DNA of 64,000 nucleotides from Candidatus Heimdallarchaeota archaeon (GCA_018238155.1 JABCTZ010000045.1:36452-100451); one strand, 5' to 3'. Counted from the stretch's first letter, positions 39,083 through 50,410 are shown. Notes: generated by a model not told the origin, from the sequence alone. Translations and numbers: made by a program.

Positions 39083-39328
39083 ATGATTAATAAAACGAAA
39101 TATCTAAGAGAAAACCAAGAAAGCATGAAAAAAAAATTCCCTGCAATCGATGAAGAAAGAAAGGTAGAAATTTTATGCCCATTTTCTAGAAAAGTGCTTA
39201 ATTCTAGTAATTGTTTCAAATGCAAATATTGTCAAATTTATCAAGGCAAACATCAATCTAATCGAGTTTTAATATCTTTAATTTGTTTATTTAGTTATAA
39301 TATTGGAAGTGGTGATGATGAGTCTTAA
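39083..39328 (+). CDS. small Cys-rich hypothetical protein
   Basis: CP...CFKCKYC...C. Confidence 0.5.
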   Translation: MINKTKYLRENQESMKKKFPAIDEERKVEILCPFSRKVLNSSNCFKCKYCQIYQGKHQSNRVLISLICLFSYNIGSGDDES

Positions 39329-40466
39329 TTCATTTCAATTTAAATATAATGAAAATAAATCCAAAAGGTTACAAGAAGAAAATCAAATATCAATTTGTTT
39401 TGCAACTTTTGATGATACAATTGGACCTATTAGTGCATACCAAAAAAATCTTGATGGAAGAACCGCAAGTGAGGTTGCAGTGAAAGTAATGATTGGATCT
39501 CTATCATTACATGCAGATGATAAACAAGAATTATGTGGAGAATCAATAATTCCTTTTAATAAAATTAATAAAATTGCTTTTTCATATCTCTTTACGATTC
39601 CAGCGCCAAAATTAAGAGGTGGGCAACGATCATGTTCTTTAATAGTACTTATGGACACAAAAGAACAACTCCAAATGTATCGAATTGCACCATTACTTTC
39701 GACACAATGTAAAAGAATTAGCCATCTAATTAAAGACAAATATGTTTTTGGTAAATCTCTGTCCAATATTGTCAAACAAAGAATTGATTCACTTCTTGAT
39801 ATTCAATCTTTTAAAATTGAAATTGAAGATGAAGAATTTTATGCGGCAAGGAAAATCACTATTTCGAAGTCTAAAACAAAGGGAAGCATGCAATTTTTAA
39901 GTAAAATAATAAAAAAAGATTTAGACAAAGCTATACTAGCAATTCTACTTGGAAAAACAGTTGTTGTAACAGGTGACGAGGTTATGACTGAAATTACAAT
40001 TGCAAGTTTAGAAATTTTTTCTCCACATAAAGAACTAAGAAAAGTTTTTTGGACAAATCAGATTGTTGAAGCAGATATTATTGGAACAAAGAAAAATTTA
40101 GCTAAAGCATATGATGATGCTATTATTGTTGATTTATTTAAAGGAAAAGTTTCTGGTGGAGAATCTAATAAATTCTGTAAAGATTTGATTTTAGACCTTA
40201 GAAATTTAGATGAAAAACTAGTTGAAGAAAGAGTGAATGATAGAATAGGTGAAATCGTTACTAGTTCAACAATACTTGCTGAATTAGCAATGCGAAGAGA
40301 AGTAACTAAGAGTGAAATTAGTACCGTTGCACCACTATTCAATAGCGAAAAAATGAGTATAATTATTGTAATTGCAAAAAGCATGAATCCCATTTTTTCA
40401 AAACGAATTGATGCTTTAGCTCCACTTATTGCTAGAGAAGCAAGCACCTATGATGTTTTTGCATAA
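39303..40466 (+). CDS. DENN/longin-like (folliculin-type) domain protein
   Basis: FATFDDTIGP, FTIPAPKLRGGQRSCSLIVL (uDENN/longin-like); AILAILLGKTVVVTG (cDENN-like). Confidence 0.65.
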   Translation: MEVVMMSLNSFQFKYNENKSKRLQEENQISICFATFDDTIGPISAYQKNLDGRTASEVAVKVMIGSLSLHADDKQELCGESIIPFNKINKIAFSYLFTIPAPKLRGGQRSCSLIVLMDTKEQLQMYRIAPLLSTQCKRISHLIKDKYVFGKSLSNIVKQRIDSLLDIQSFKIEIEDEEFYAARKITISKSKTKGSMQFLSKIIKKDLDKAILAILLGKTVVVTGDEVMTEITIASLEIFSPHKELRKVFWTNQIVEADIIGTKKNLAKAYDDAIIVDLFKGKVSGGESNKFCKDLILDLRNLDEKLVEERVNDRIGEIVTSSTILAELAMRREVTKSEISTVAPLFNSEKMSIIIVIAKSMNPIFSKRIDALAPLIAREASTYDVFA

Positions 40467-40546
40467 CTAAAAAAATTTCAAATGCATTTCCAAAAAATAG
40501 AGGTGTTTAAAGTATTCTTTTTCAAAAATAAGATGAGTGGCATCCA

Positions 40547-43453
40547 ATGAGTACAAATATACCAATAAGGAAGAGAAATAAAATTACAAGTATAGTTTTT
40601 CTTGGAATTTTCATTATTGCCTCAACAATTTTTCTATTTAGCATGGATTTCATAAGAGATCTATTTGGTCTTGAATCATCAAACTTGTCGATTGATTTAA
40701 CAAAAATTATTATTTATTTTGGGATTTTTGCAGGTATAATTTTGTTTTTAATTTTTTCATTTTATATTACAAAAAAAGCACTTGTATGGTTACCATTTGA
40801 TGGTGAATTTATTTCTTCAGATCTATTCATACAAAAGAAGAAATTCATACCCAAATTTAGAGCAACTATTTTTATTAGAGTGAAAGGATTGCCTAGAAGA
40901 AACATATCAAAATCAAATAGAGAGAACCAAATTTCTGAGAGTAATTATGATATTAAATTAGATATAGTTTCTAGTCTTGCAAAAGTATGTGATGAAGTTT
41001 CTTATTGGATAATCAAACATGACAATAGAGTAAATATCTTTTTCACACTTTCAAGTTGGAGTTGGTTTAAACAAGAAGCTTCTTTAGAGAAAGTTAAACA
41101 AAATGCACTTTCATTGGAAGCAGCATTCAAGAATATTTATCCATCAATTCAATTTCAAAATACATCATTTAAAGATATTCAACAATTTCTTTCGGTAATT
41201 GAGGGATGCCCATTTGGCTTAGAAGCTAAAGGAATTCCAGCAGAAAAGAATTCCCAAGTGCAAATTGATCGAATAATAAACACCTTCAACAATATGAATG
41301 AAAATGGTTTCTTTGTTGCTAGTTTTAGTGAAGTAATGAAAGGACGAGAAAAAAATCTTGGGTCTAAAAAACTTGGCTCCGATTTGGAGCTTAATGAACT
41401 ATCATTAGATTATCAAGAAGCAAAAAAAATTGGACAAAGTATGTGTGGAATTTACGCATTTTCACATTCTGAAAATGGCATGTATACACTTCTTGCGGCA
41501 TTACTTAGTATTTGGTCAGGTACACATACATTCAAAGTAAAGAAACTTGGTAATGCAACTTCAAAAAAAACATTTAATTTAATCAAGAAAATTAATCCGG
41601 AAAGATCCAATAGAATAAGTAACAAATCTCTAAGCTGCTTCATTCAACTGCCTGAAAAACCATTTTTAACAGAAGATACAGCTCAACCAGTATTTGAAAT
41701 ACCTAGCTACAAAGATAATTATAATGAGAACGAAATAGTTTTAGGAAATATTATTCAAAATGATAGAATATTGGATGAATTCTCAATTCCTTTAGAAAAC
41801 TTTCACTATAATACAGAAATTGTTGGTATGATTGGAAGAGGCAAAACATACCTTACTGCAACAATAATTGAACAGATTCTTAACAAAGAAATCGGTTGTT
41901 TAATTTTTGATTTAAAGGGTGAATATGCAAGGCTGTTTGTAGAAGAAGATAATGTATTAGTTTATACTATTGGTTCTCCTGCGCCTTTAGGAATAAATCT
42001 ATTTCAAATGAATTCTGAAAATGATGTACAGAACGTTTTAGCACTAATTAATGAAATGCTGATTATTGCCGGTACACCATTCAGCCCTACCATGTTAAAT
42101 ATATTTGAAACTGCTTTACAAAAAATTTCTAAATGTGAAAATCAAAATTTCGAGGAATTTATGTATTGTTTATACGAAAGTTCAAATGAATATACTAAGA
42201 ACATGAGAACTTCATACTCAAGAGAATCGATTGATGCAATCTTAAACCGACTGAACTTTATTTTTGGTGGCATTAATTATGAAGTGTTTAGTTCTTTAAA
42301 TAATACAATAGATTTCTCATATCTTGACGATGGAGGAAAAATAATAGTTGATTTGAGTGAATATCTTAGAAGAGGAGCAAACACAGCAGCTCTTTTTCTT
42401 GTTTGTAATTTGTTATTGCATTTATTATCTAAACATGCTTCTGTAAAAGGTATTACAAATAAGTTAAGGTATCTCGTTATTTTAGAAGAAGCAATGTATT
42501 TTATACCTAAAAGATTCAATCTTGAATCAACTGCGAGTCTAGGGTACTCCGAACAAAACTTCATTATGGGAAGGTCCTTAGGAATTGGAACTATATCTAT
42601 TTATCAACTATGGGATAGTGTGAGCCCTGTTGTTCATGCAAATTCCATAACAAAAATCTTGTTTCGAGGAGAGGAGATTGAGAAGATAAAACCATCAATA
42701 ACTCTAACAGAAGAACAATTTGAGTATTTACCATATCTTCCTGACAGGAACTTCATTCTAAAAACAAAATCGCTTTCAAGACCCGCTTTATTAAAAACAA
42801 AACCATTTACTCGAGTGCCTCTTCAAAATCAAGACTATATAAATTTAGCAAGTAAGAAATACATCAAATTAGGTTTTAATTCTAAAAATGTTTCAAAGAG
42901 TTTTATTGAAATTCGCGCGAATGTTTTCGGAAGTAAGAGTAATAATTCTGTTAGAAAGAAACCGGATAACAATTTTGAGCAAAATTCGAATAGAAAACAG
43001 TCTAGAAGAGATTTTAATCGATCAAAACTAATACATTTTAGGAAAGATGAAAGTGAAATCAATCCAAACTATTGGGAGAATTGTATTGTATCTTGTCCTG
43101 TGAGAATGGAGTATAAAGATAAACATTCAAATTGGATAAAAGAAAATGTTTGTAACAATGTTCATACAATAGCTAAACAAATTACTGCCGAATTGTTGAA
43201 GAGTAATGATTTATCTCCACTTGTGAAGATTTTTGAAAATAAACCAGAATATATAGCTAAAAAAATATTACAATCTTATCGAAAAAGAAATGAAAAAGAA
43301 AACTCAAAACTAATTGCCTTTTGTACAATGAATTTAATTTCGGATTTTTTAAGAGAAGAATTTAATTATAGTTATACTTGGAAAAATAAAATTATTAATG
43401 CAATTAAAATATATCTGGCAAATAAATCAATTTCAGATATTGTATTATCTTAA
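40547..43453 (+). CDS. membrane-anchored HerA/VirB4-like ATPase
   Basis: Two N-terminal TM helices; GMIGRGKT, IFDLKGEY, VILEEAM, GRSLGIG...Q. Confidence 0.8.
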   Translation: MSTNIPIRKRNKITSIVFLGIFIIASTIFLFSMDFIRDLFGLESSNLSIDLTKIIIYFGIFAGIILFLIFSFYITKKALVWLPFDGEFISSDLFIQKKKFIPKFRATIFIRVKGLPRRNISKSNRENQISESNYDIKLDIVSSLAKVCDEVSYWIIKHDNRVNIFFTLSSWSWFKQEASLEKVKQNALSLEAAFKNIYPSIQFQNTSFKDIQQFLSVIEGCPFGLEAKGIPAEKNSQVQIDRIINTFNNMNENGFFVASFSEVMKGREKNLGSKKLGSDLELNELSLDYQEAKKIGQSMCGIYAFSHSENGMYTLLAALLSIWSGTHTFKVKKLGNATSKKTFNLIKKINPERSNRISNKSLSCFIQLPEKPFLTEDTAQPVFEIPSYKDNYNENEIVLGNIIQNDRILDEFSIPLENFHYNTEIVGMIGRGKTYLTATIIEQILNKEIGCLIFDLKGEYARLFVEEDNVLVYTIGSPAPLGINLFQMNSENDVQNVLALINEMLIIAGTPFSPTMLNIFETALQKISKCENQNFEEFMYCLYESSNEYTKNMRTSYSRESIDAILNRLNFIFGGINYEVFSSLNNTIDFSYLDDGGKIIVDLSEYLRRGANTAALFLVCNLLLHLLSKHASVKGITNKLRYLVILEEAMYFIPKRFNLESTASLGYSEQNFIMGRSLGIGTISIYQLWDSVSPVVHANSITKILFRGEEIEKIKPSITLTEEQFEYLPYLPDRNFILKTKSLSRPALLKTKPFTRVPLQNQDYINLASKKYIKLGFNSKNVSKSFIEIRANVFGSKSNNSVRKKPDNNFEQNSNRKQSRRDFNRSKLIHFRKDESEINPNYWENCIVSCPVRMEYKDKHSNWIKENVCNNVHTIAKQITAELLKSNDLSPLVKIFENKPEYIAKKILQSYRKRNEKENSKLIAFCTMNLISDFLREEFNYSYTWKNKIINAIKIYLANKSISDIVLS

Positions 43454-43564
43454 ATAGGTAATCACTAATACTTTCGGTTAACCCCCCCTTTGAGAGGATT
43501 TTTTAACTAGGAATTAGTTAAACTGAATAAACGATACGAGTTCTTATAGTAAGGGTAGAATACA

Positions 43565-44761
43565 ATGGATGATTTATTAGAAAAAGAATTGAGAAAACCA
43601 TCTCTCATAAAAAATCCGAGGGTATTAGATTTAAAATATATACCCAAGAAACTTTTACATAGAGAAGAAGAACAAAAAATGCTAATCCAATATTTCAAAC
43701 CGGTAATTGAAAAACCCGGGGAGTATTCTCAAAGAGTTTCCATTATTGGTGCTATTGGTACGGGTAAAACAGCAATAGCCTTAAAATTCGGTGAAATGAT
43801 AAAAGTATATTCAACTCAAAAGAATCTAAATTTGGAATATGTTCACGTCAATTGTAGAAGAGCAAGATCAGCATTTCTAACACTTCTTGAAATTGTAAGG
43901 AAATTTAATCCACATATTCCTGTAAGAGGGTTTTCTCCAGAAGAAATCCTCAATATGCTGACAGAAATTCTAAATCGTAAAAAACTCTATCTTATCGTAA
44001 CTTTGGATGAAATTGATTTTGTCATACGAAAAGATGGACCAAATTTGCTTTATGATCTAACAAGGTTGACAGATGATGAGTTAGATATGAAAGAAAGAGT
44101 ATCAATAATTACAATTGTAAGAGATTTTGCTTTCAGAACAATGCTTGACGAAAGTACATTGAGTACTCTACGACAAAATACTATTTTCTTAAAAGCATAT
44201 AATGAAGACCAATTAAGTGATATAATATCAGATAGAGTAGGAGAAGCATTTTATGAAGATTCAGTCTCAAATGATGCTATCAGTTTAATTGCCGATATTG
44301 CCTCAAAGAATGGTGATGCACGATTTGCAATTGAATTATTAGAACGTGCTGGAATGTATGCAGACCATAGACAATCACTAAAAGTTTTACCAGAACATGT
44401 AAGACATGCAAATGCATCTATTCATCCTGTAATTAGACAAGAAATTATAAAAGATTTAACAACTCAACAAAAACTAACTCTACTTGCTATTGCAGCAAAA
44501 TTGAGAACAACTCAGAAAGCCTACTTAACAATGGGAGAATTAGAAGAAACTTACAAAGGATTATGTGAGGAATTCAATCTACCGATTCGTAGTCATACCC
44601 AAGTATGGGAATATATCCAATATTTACAAAATTGTGATGTTATTACAACAAGGCTTAGCAGTAAGGGGCAAAGAGGCCAAACAACCTTAATTAGTTTACC
44701 TGATGTTTCAGCTGAAATAATTGAAACTACTATTAGAGAACAATTTCATAAGAAAGGATAA
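43565..44761 (+). CDS. cdc6: Orc1/Cdc6 replication initiator (chromosomal copy)
   Basis: GAIGTGKT, LDEID, GDARFAI, wing motif GQRGQT. Confidence 0.96.
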   Translation: MDDLLEKELRKPSLIKNPRVLDLKYIPKKLLHREEEQKMLIQYFKPVIEKPGEYSQRVSIIGAIGTGKTAIALKFGEMIKVYSTQKNLNLEYVHVNCRRARSAFLTLLEIVRKFNPHIPVRGFSPEEILNMLTEILNRKKLYLIVTLDEIDFVIRKDGPNLLYDLTRLTDDELDMKERVSIITIVRDFAFRTMLDESTLSTLRQNTIFLKAYNEDQLSDIISDRVGEAFYEDSVSNDAISLIADIASKNGDARFAIELLERAGMYADHRQSLKVLPEHVRHANASIHPVIRQEIIKDLTTQQKLTLLAIAAKLRTTQKAYLTMGELEETYKGLCEEFNLPIRSHTQVWEYIQYLQNCDVITTRLSSKGQRGQTTLISLPDVSAEIIETTIREQFHKKG

Positions 44762-44782
44762 TATTTTTTTGGAGAATAAAGA

Positions 44783-45118
44783 ATGCACGATCAACCCCTA
44801 AAAGATTATGAGGATATAAAAACTGAATTTAATGCTTCAGATAAAACAATAGAATATGCTATTGAAGAAATTTTATCCTCAAAAGGGAGAGTTGTAATTT
44901 TAAAAACACTTGCAGAAATGGAAGAACTAAACATCTCAGCGATTGCTAGAGTAGCAAATCTAAACCACGGCACTGCAACTCAACACCTAAATTTCTTAAC
45001 AAAAGCTGGACTACTACAAGAAAAACGATTTGGGCGAATTAAGATTTTTCGATATCGTACAGAAAGCCTAAAAGCCAGATCACTAAAAAAACTATTTGAA
45101 ATCTGGCAACAGGTTTGA
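44783..45118 (+). CDS. ArsR-like wHTH protein downstream of cdc6
   Basis: SSKGRVVILKTL, ELNISAIAR, HLNFL, EKRFGRIKIF. Confidence 0.8.
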   Translation: MHDQPLKDYEDIKTEFNASDKTIEYAIEEILSSKGRVVILKTLAEMEELNISAIARVANLNHGTATQHLNFLTKAGLLQEKRFGRIKIFRYRTESLKARSLKKLFEIWQQV

Positions 45119-45125
45119 ACAACAA

Positions 45126-47972
45126 CTATAATTGTATGTCAAGCGAAACGTTTGATTTTTTCTTGAAAAGCAAGAATGTTGAAGCTACAGTTAATGAAAC
45201 TATACCAATTCCTAAGATAATTGTAGATGGTGTGATTGAAACAATAGTTTCTATTGAACCAATCAAAATGAAAATTAATGATTGCTCATTGCTTGAATCA
45301 ACTTTGAATTTTATGTAAGTTTCAGTAGCTTTCAATTGATGACTTTGAGACACATTTTTATCATTTAAAAATAGACTCCAACCATCAATATTAGACCAAT
45401 CATTTGATTTGTAAATAGAGATTTCAAGGTTATTATATGGAATTGAGTTAGTTTCTATTGTTACTTCAATAGAAATGCTACTTCTGCTTTTTACTATATC
45501 TAAAATCGGTTCAGGTTTAGGATTCTCCAAAAGGAGAATATCATTAGTGGAATTTTGATCATATACTAATCTCTCCCATGTAATTAATCCACCAAGAGAT
45601 ATTTTTGCAGTTATATTCCCATTACTTGTAAGGATTAAAGCCGATTTAGGTGTAAATCCATTTGGGATATTAACTTGCCATTTCTCTCCAATCGAAGGAT
45701 ATGTGATGTAGAAATTGAAGAATGTGGAATTCGTATTAGAATATAAATCTAAATGAATTGGTGAATCCAATATTACAGCTCTTGAAATGTTATATAATTC
45801 TACTAATATTACCTTTGAAGAAATCAGTAACTCTGTTTCATTCATAAAAACGAAACATGAAATATTCAATGTTGGATAAATATAATTTGAAGGTATCTGA
45901 TAAAAAATTGTTACAGAACCGGTCTCATTAGTAATAGTTTGAAGCAAAAATTGATTATTTACTTCAAATTTAAGAGGTAATTGTTGTATTGGTATGGAAA
46001 GATTGTTTAGTGCAGTAGAATGAATTGAAATTGTTTCTCCAAGAATAGCTGATTGTGGGGTGTTAAGTATTAAATTAATTGATGGAAAAATAACTTCTAT
46101 ACAAATCAAATAAGTTACTGTGGCAAAATCTATTTTGTTACCAACAATAGTAAAATTATAGAATCCAGGTGAAACAATCTGATTGAGTGTTACAGCGTAA
46201 AAACCAGCTAAGTTTTGATTCATAGTTCCAGAACCGTATTTCCAACTATAAGTAACAGTAGCAAAATCAATTGTAACATTATCTTCAATATTCAGATAAT
46301 CAACACACAATTCAATAGATTGTTGATATTCAATTTTAATAGTAGGTTCTAGAGAAGTAATTTTTGTAGGTTTGGAAACTATCTGAAACCAAGAAACACC
46401 AATTCCAATATTTTCACCTCTTTGCCAGAAAACTTGGATTGTATAATTATCTCTAGCAATTTCACTATTGAGATTTCTATATAAAATGAAAGCAGAACCA
46501 CTTAGATTAGTGGTAGTAACATTTGAATAAACGATTTCTTCAGAATTCATTATTTGAATTTCCAGAATATCATTTGATATATCAGACTCAATATTAATTT
46601 GAAGTAAATCATTGTGAGTTATTTGTTGATTTGATAATACTACATCATTTATTCGATTAGTTGTAAGATAGAATATTTCAAATGAATTGCTGAAAATCGG
46701 AGCTTGAAAGTTGATTTCATTATGAGTAGCATTACTATTTGAAATTATATAGTGATATATTAAAGAGTCAATGATAATATTATCAACTAACCAATCATTT
46801 GATAACCATTTCTTATATGATAAAAAGGAAATATTAGTAGGTGCAAATATACTTTCGTTGCTATTTTCGATAAGTCGAGTTGTACCATAATCTAGAAAGG
46901 AAGGCTCAATCCTACTTTCAAAAGTATCCTTCCCAAAGATGTTGTATCTACAATTCCAAAAAATTTGGTTTGTTGAGACATATTCAATTTCAAATGTTAT
47001 TGTTGATTGTTGTATAGGAGAAACAAGAGCATAACCAGTTCCTAAACTACCAGTTACAAGATTTGAATTTACTGTTAAACTAATGGAATTTGGAGTGATT
47101 TCATCGGTAAGTGATAAATCATCAATCATAAATTCCATCTGATATGATTCCTCACCCCAAGTTTGAACAGCAAAACTTCTTAATTGATCTGGTTCCTGAT
47201 TAAATAACTCTAAACCTAAATCTGTTATGTTCAGAGAATAATTATTGATTTCACCATTAAATGAAGCATTATTTACTAAAAGATCTGCATAACCTCCAGG
47301 ACCTGTAACATTTGAAAGTACGCTTGGATTTCCATTAAACCAAATGAAAATATAAATATCAAATTGAAAAAACAATCTTATACAAATATTCGAATCAAAT
47401 GCTGTACCAAGGCTATTGCTTAGCAATGAATAAGATAAACTAAATATTACAGAATTGCCTTCCAAATTTATTGCTTCATCAAAACCCACTATTGTGGTAT
47501 GATCGAGTGATTTTATATCAAAATACCAAGAACTATTACCTGAAATCACTTCTCCTTGTTTAGGAGAACTTTCTATAGTGACGTTCTCATCATAGTGAGA
47601 AGGAATAAAATCTGTCCACAATGTAGCCGTTGATTCAGCATTACCATTTATTATCTTTTCAGATCTTAAATTATCAAAAAGAAATTCTCCGTTAACATCC
47701 CAATCATGGCAATTATTTAGAGATAATGAATTTACCTCATTAGAGATTGAATTATTTAAAATGAAACCTCTCTCAATTGATGAATTCATAAGAGTTTTTT
47801 CACTCTTTTCAAGTGATGTTAAGGGTGATGGATTTGTGTGGTGATCTAATACTAATTCCTCTCTCAAATCTACTTTGCCATCATTTAAGCTTAAATTCAG
47901 ATTAATTTTCAAAATAGGTTGAACACATAAAAATAATAGAACTATTATTGTTAAAAATTTGTTTCTTTTCAT
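45126..47972 (-). CDS. large cell-surface protein (signal peptide, beta-rich body, C-terminal TM anchor)
   Basis: N-terminal hydrophobic leader; many N-x-S/T sequons; C-terminal TM followed by KKK. Confidence 0.75.
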   Translation of the reverse strand: MKRNKFLTIIVLLFLCVQPILKINLNLSLNDGKVDLREELVLDHHTNPSPLTSLEKSEKTLMNSSIERGFILNNSISNEVNSLSLNNCHDWDVNGEFLFDNLRSEKIINGNAESTATLWTDFIPSHYDENVTIESSPKQGEVISGNSSWYFDIKSLDHTTIVGFDEAINLEGNSVIFSLSYSLLSNSLGTAFDSNICIRLFFQFDIYIFIWFNGNPSVLSNVTGPGGYADLLVNNASFNGEINNYSLNITDLGLELFNQEPDQLRSFAVQTWGEESYQMEFMIDDLSLTDEITPNSISLTVNSNLVTGSLGTGYALVSPIQQSTITFEIEYVSTNQIFWNCRYNIFGKDTFESRIEPSFLDYGTTRLIENSNESIFAPTNISFLSYKKWLSNDWLVDNIIIDSLIYHYIISNSNATHNEINFQAPIFSNSFEIFYLTTNRINDVVLSNQQITHNDLLQINIESDISNDILEIQIMNSEEIVYSNVTTTNLSGSAFILYRNLNSEIARDNYTIQVFWQRGENIGIGVSWFQIVSKPTKITSLEPTIKIEYQQSIELCVDYLNIEDNVTIDFATVTYSWKYGSGTMNQNLAGFYAVTLNQIVSPGFYNFTIVGNKIDFATVTYLICIEVIFPSINLILNTPQSAILGETISIHSTALNNLSIPIQQLPLKFEVNNQFLLQTITNETGSVTIFYQIPSNYIYPTLNISCFVFMNETELLISSKVILVELYNISRAVILDSPIHLDLYSNTNSTFFNFYITYPSIGEKWQVNIPNGFTPKSALILTSNGNITAKISLGGLITWERLVYDQNSTNDILLLENPKPEPILDIVKSRSSISIEVTIETNSIPYNNLEISIYKSNDWSNIDGWSLFLNDKNVSQSHQLKATETYIKFKVDSSNEQSLIFILIGSIETIVSITPSTIILGIGIVSLTVASTFLLFKKKSNVSLDIQL

Positions 47973-48197
47973 TTGAACATAACATCCATGATTGTAATTA
48001 TCTCAATTCAAAAAAGCGTTGAATGGACTTTGCCTATTTGAATTACTGATAATCAGTTAAAAAAAAACTATAAAAACACCCTAAAATTGATTTTTCAGAT
48101 AATTTGAACAATAAATGGGATATTTAATATTGACAGATACTTTGGATGTTATCACTTTTTAAATAGCTATAAAATAAAATAATAAACGGTGAATTAA

Positions 48198-48926
48198 ATG
48201 ACAATTGATTTCATTATTAATGGTAATAGAAATTTCAAAGATAACACTCTTATTACAGGATTTCATGGAATTGGAACAACAGGTTTCATTGGTGTAAAGT
48301 ATATTGCTGATCAATTGCAAGCAGAAAAAATTGGTACGATTATAAGTGAATTTTTACCGCCTTTTATAACTACAAAGGATGGGAAACTTTCATTGCCATT
48401 TGAATTATATCAAAATGAGGAAAATGTTCTATTAATACCACAATTTCAACCGTATCGCCATGAGCATAGAGTTTTTGCAGAGAAACTGGTTGATTGGTCA
48501 ATTCAATCTAAATTTAAAAATGCAATATTAATCGGAGGTTTAGATGCTAGATTAAAGAAAAACGAAGATGATAAAATAAGATTCGTAGCTACAACTGCTT
48601 TTCTTGAAAATACTCAACACGACTTGCCATTATTAGAAGATGGGTTATTTGTAACAGGACCTTTAGCACTCATATTAACATATTATGAAATTAACAATTT
48701 TCCTGCAATAGCTTTACTTCCATATGCAGAAAGTTCTAGAGCAGATCCTTCAGCAGCAGCAATTGCAATTAATAAAATAAATGAAATAGCTGATCTAAAT
48801 GTCGATACTGCAAAACTCATTCAAGATGCAGAATTAATTGAAAAGAACCTTCAAGAAATTATTACTCAAACTAAGGAACAAACGGTTGAAAATAAGGAAC
48901 ACGGTACTAAAAAATTGTACATATAA
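48198..48926 (+). CDS. PAC2-family proteasome assembly chaperone
   Basis: LITGFHGIGTTG, IGGLD, GPLALIL, DPSAAA. Confidence 0.88.
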   Translation: MTIDFIINGNRNFKDNTLITGFHGIGTTGFIGVKYIADQLQAEKIGTIISEFLPPFITTKDGKLSLPFELYQNEENVLLIPQFQPYRHEHRVFAEKLVDWSIQSKFKNAILIGGLDARLKKNEDDKIRFVATTAFLENTQHDLPLLEDGLFVTGPLALILTYYEINNFPAIALLPYAESSRADPSAAAIAINKINEIADLNVDTAKLIQDAELIEKNLQEIITQTKEQTVENKEHGTKKLYI

Positions 48927-48929
48927 AGT

Positions 48930-49577
48930 TTAAAGTAAAAACAAAATAATTCCTTTAGCCAACAAAAAAGAACAAATATAAGCTATGCTTGATAAAATTA
49001 GTATTTTTGGATTAAATTTTCCAAAACCAATATCAGAAATGAAATAGACTGAAGATTCAGATATCACATACAAAGAAATTGGTATCAAGCTCAAGGTACT
49101 TTGGGGGATACTTATTTCTTTAAACATTGCAATAAACGTAGCAAACAAAGGTGCTAAACCAGCAATAATTCCTAAGAATATGGAAGTTACAGACCCCAAA
49201 AATAGTAGTTTATATCTTTGGGCTTTTAGTATTGAATTTCTATTTTCAGTCAAAATATTATTTTTTTCGAGGTTCTCTGCAATTTCAATTAATTTTTCTC
49301 CTGACTCATAAGAACTAATTAAAGAAATTTTGGTTAATAATTTCCAAACTCTTGAAAGAGAGGGATCCGATGTATTATCAGCTATTTTTTGAAAAATATC
49401 TGAGCAAGTATAACCCATATTAATCATTTTCAACCAATTTTCTTTTTCATCAATTTCTCTTGGTAATTCTTTAATAGCTTTGAAAAGACTATTTTCTAAA
49501 CTCCTGCCCAAAATAAGATTATTACCTATCGATTTAAGCAAATTTATTACTTCATTACCATTTAAAATCAGTTTCAA
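48930..49577 (-). CDS. TadB/TadC-like pilus platform membrane protein
   Basis: GRSLENSL helical domain plus 3 TM helices; co-oriented with the secretion ATPase. Confidence 0.65.
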   Translation of the reverse strand: MKLILNGNEVINLLKSIGNNLILGRSLENSLFKAIKELPREIDEKENWLKMINMGYTCSDIFQKIADNTSDPSLSRVWKLLTKISLISSYESGEKLIEIAENLEKNNILTENRNSILKAQRYKLLFLGSVTSIFLGIIAGLAPLFATFIAMFKEISIPQSTLSLIPISLYVISESSVYFISDIGFGKFNPKILILSSIAYICSFLLAKGIILFLL

Positions 49578-50410
49578 TGACCTCCCATTAAATCTATCTT
49601 TCCAGTATTATAAATTTCAATAGCAATTAAATCAAATACAATAAATATCAATGGTAGGAACAATAGCAAATTCAAACTAATGTAACCCAAAAAGACTAGA
49701 AGCATTGATATCGTTAATGGAATAATAGTTGTTATTGAAAGAAATATACTTGTTTTACCTTCTAATTGCGAAAGATATGCTTCAAAGCTTTGTCTAATTC
49801 TCCATTGAGTTTCAAAACCAATCTTTCTATCAAAATCAATTCTGCCGTTATTTAATGGAATAATCACATTTAGGATAAATTCCCTAATTGTTTCAGAAGG
49901 TTGCTCATATGCAAATTCTTCAATAAGTAAATGAGGAGAATAACCAATATTTATTTTCTTAACTATTTCCTTAAGCATAGAAGAGATAATGGGATATGTT
50001 CCTAAAGCTAAGTATTCAATAACCATTGATAGAGATTTAGATGTTAACATAACCAATAGCATTTCTCTACATATAAAATCAGAAAATTGTTCTACGGCAA
50101 TTTTTTTTAGCATGAAATTCTTTTTTATTTTCCTTAAAACCATTAAGAGTGAAGTCAAAAAGATAATTATTATAACCAGAATACCAAATATAATATCATA
50201 AAAAAATACTCCAAAACTAATTATTAATGACATGATTAAAGAAAACGTAACAATAGCACCATTCAAATTCCTTTTATCCACACCAAAGTACTCTTTGAAA
50301 TAACTTTCAGGAATTTCTTCTAGAAGAAAGTTTGAATTAAACCTTTGAGAGAACTTGCTTTTCGAAATGTAGATAAGAGTCTTTTCAATCATAATTTCAC
50401 GCACATTCAA
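49574..50410 (-). CDS. TadB/TadC-like (T2SS F-domain) membrane protein
   Basis: TM pair, YPIISSMLKEIVKKINIG, PSETIREF, C-terminal TM helices. Confidence 0.7.
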   Translation of the reverse strand: MNVREIMIEKTLIYISKSKFSQRFNSNFLLEEIPESYFKEYFGVDKRNLNGAIVTFSLIMSLIISFGVFFYDIIFGILVIIIIFLTSLLMVLRKIKKNFMLKKIAVEQFSDFICREMLLVMLTSKSLSMVIEYLALGTYPIISSMLKEIVKKINIGYSPHLLIEEFAYEQPSETIREFILNVIIPLNNGRIDFDRKIGFETQWRIRQSFEAYLSQLEGKTSIFLSITTIIPLTISMLLVFLGYISLNLLLFLPLIFIVFDLIAIEIYNTGKIDLMGGH

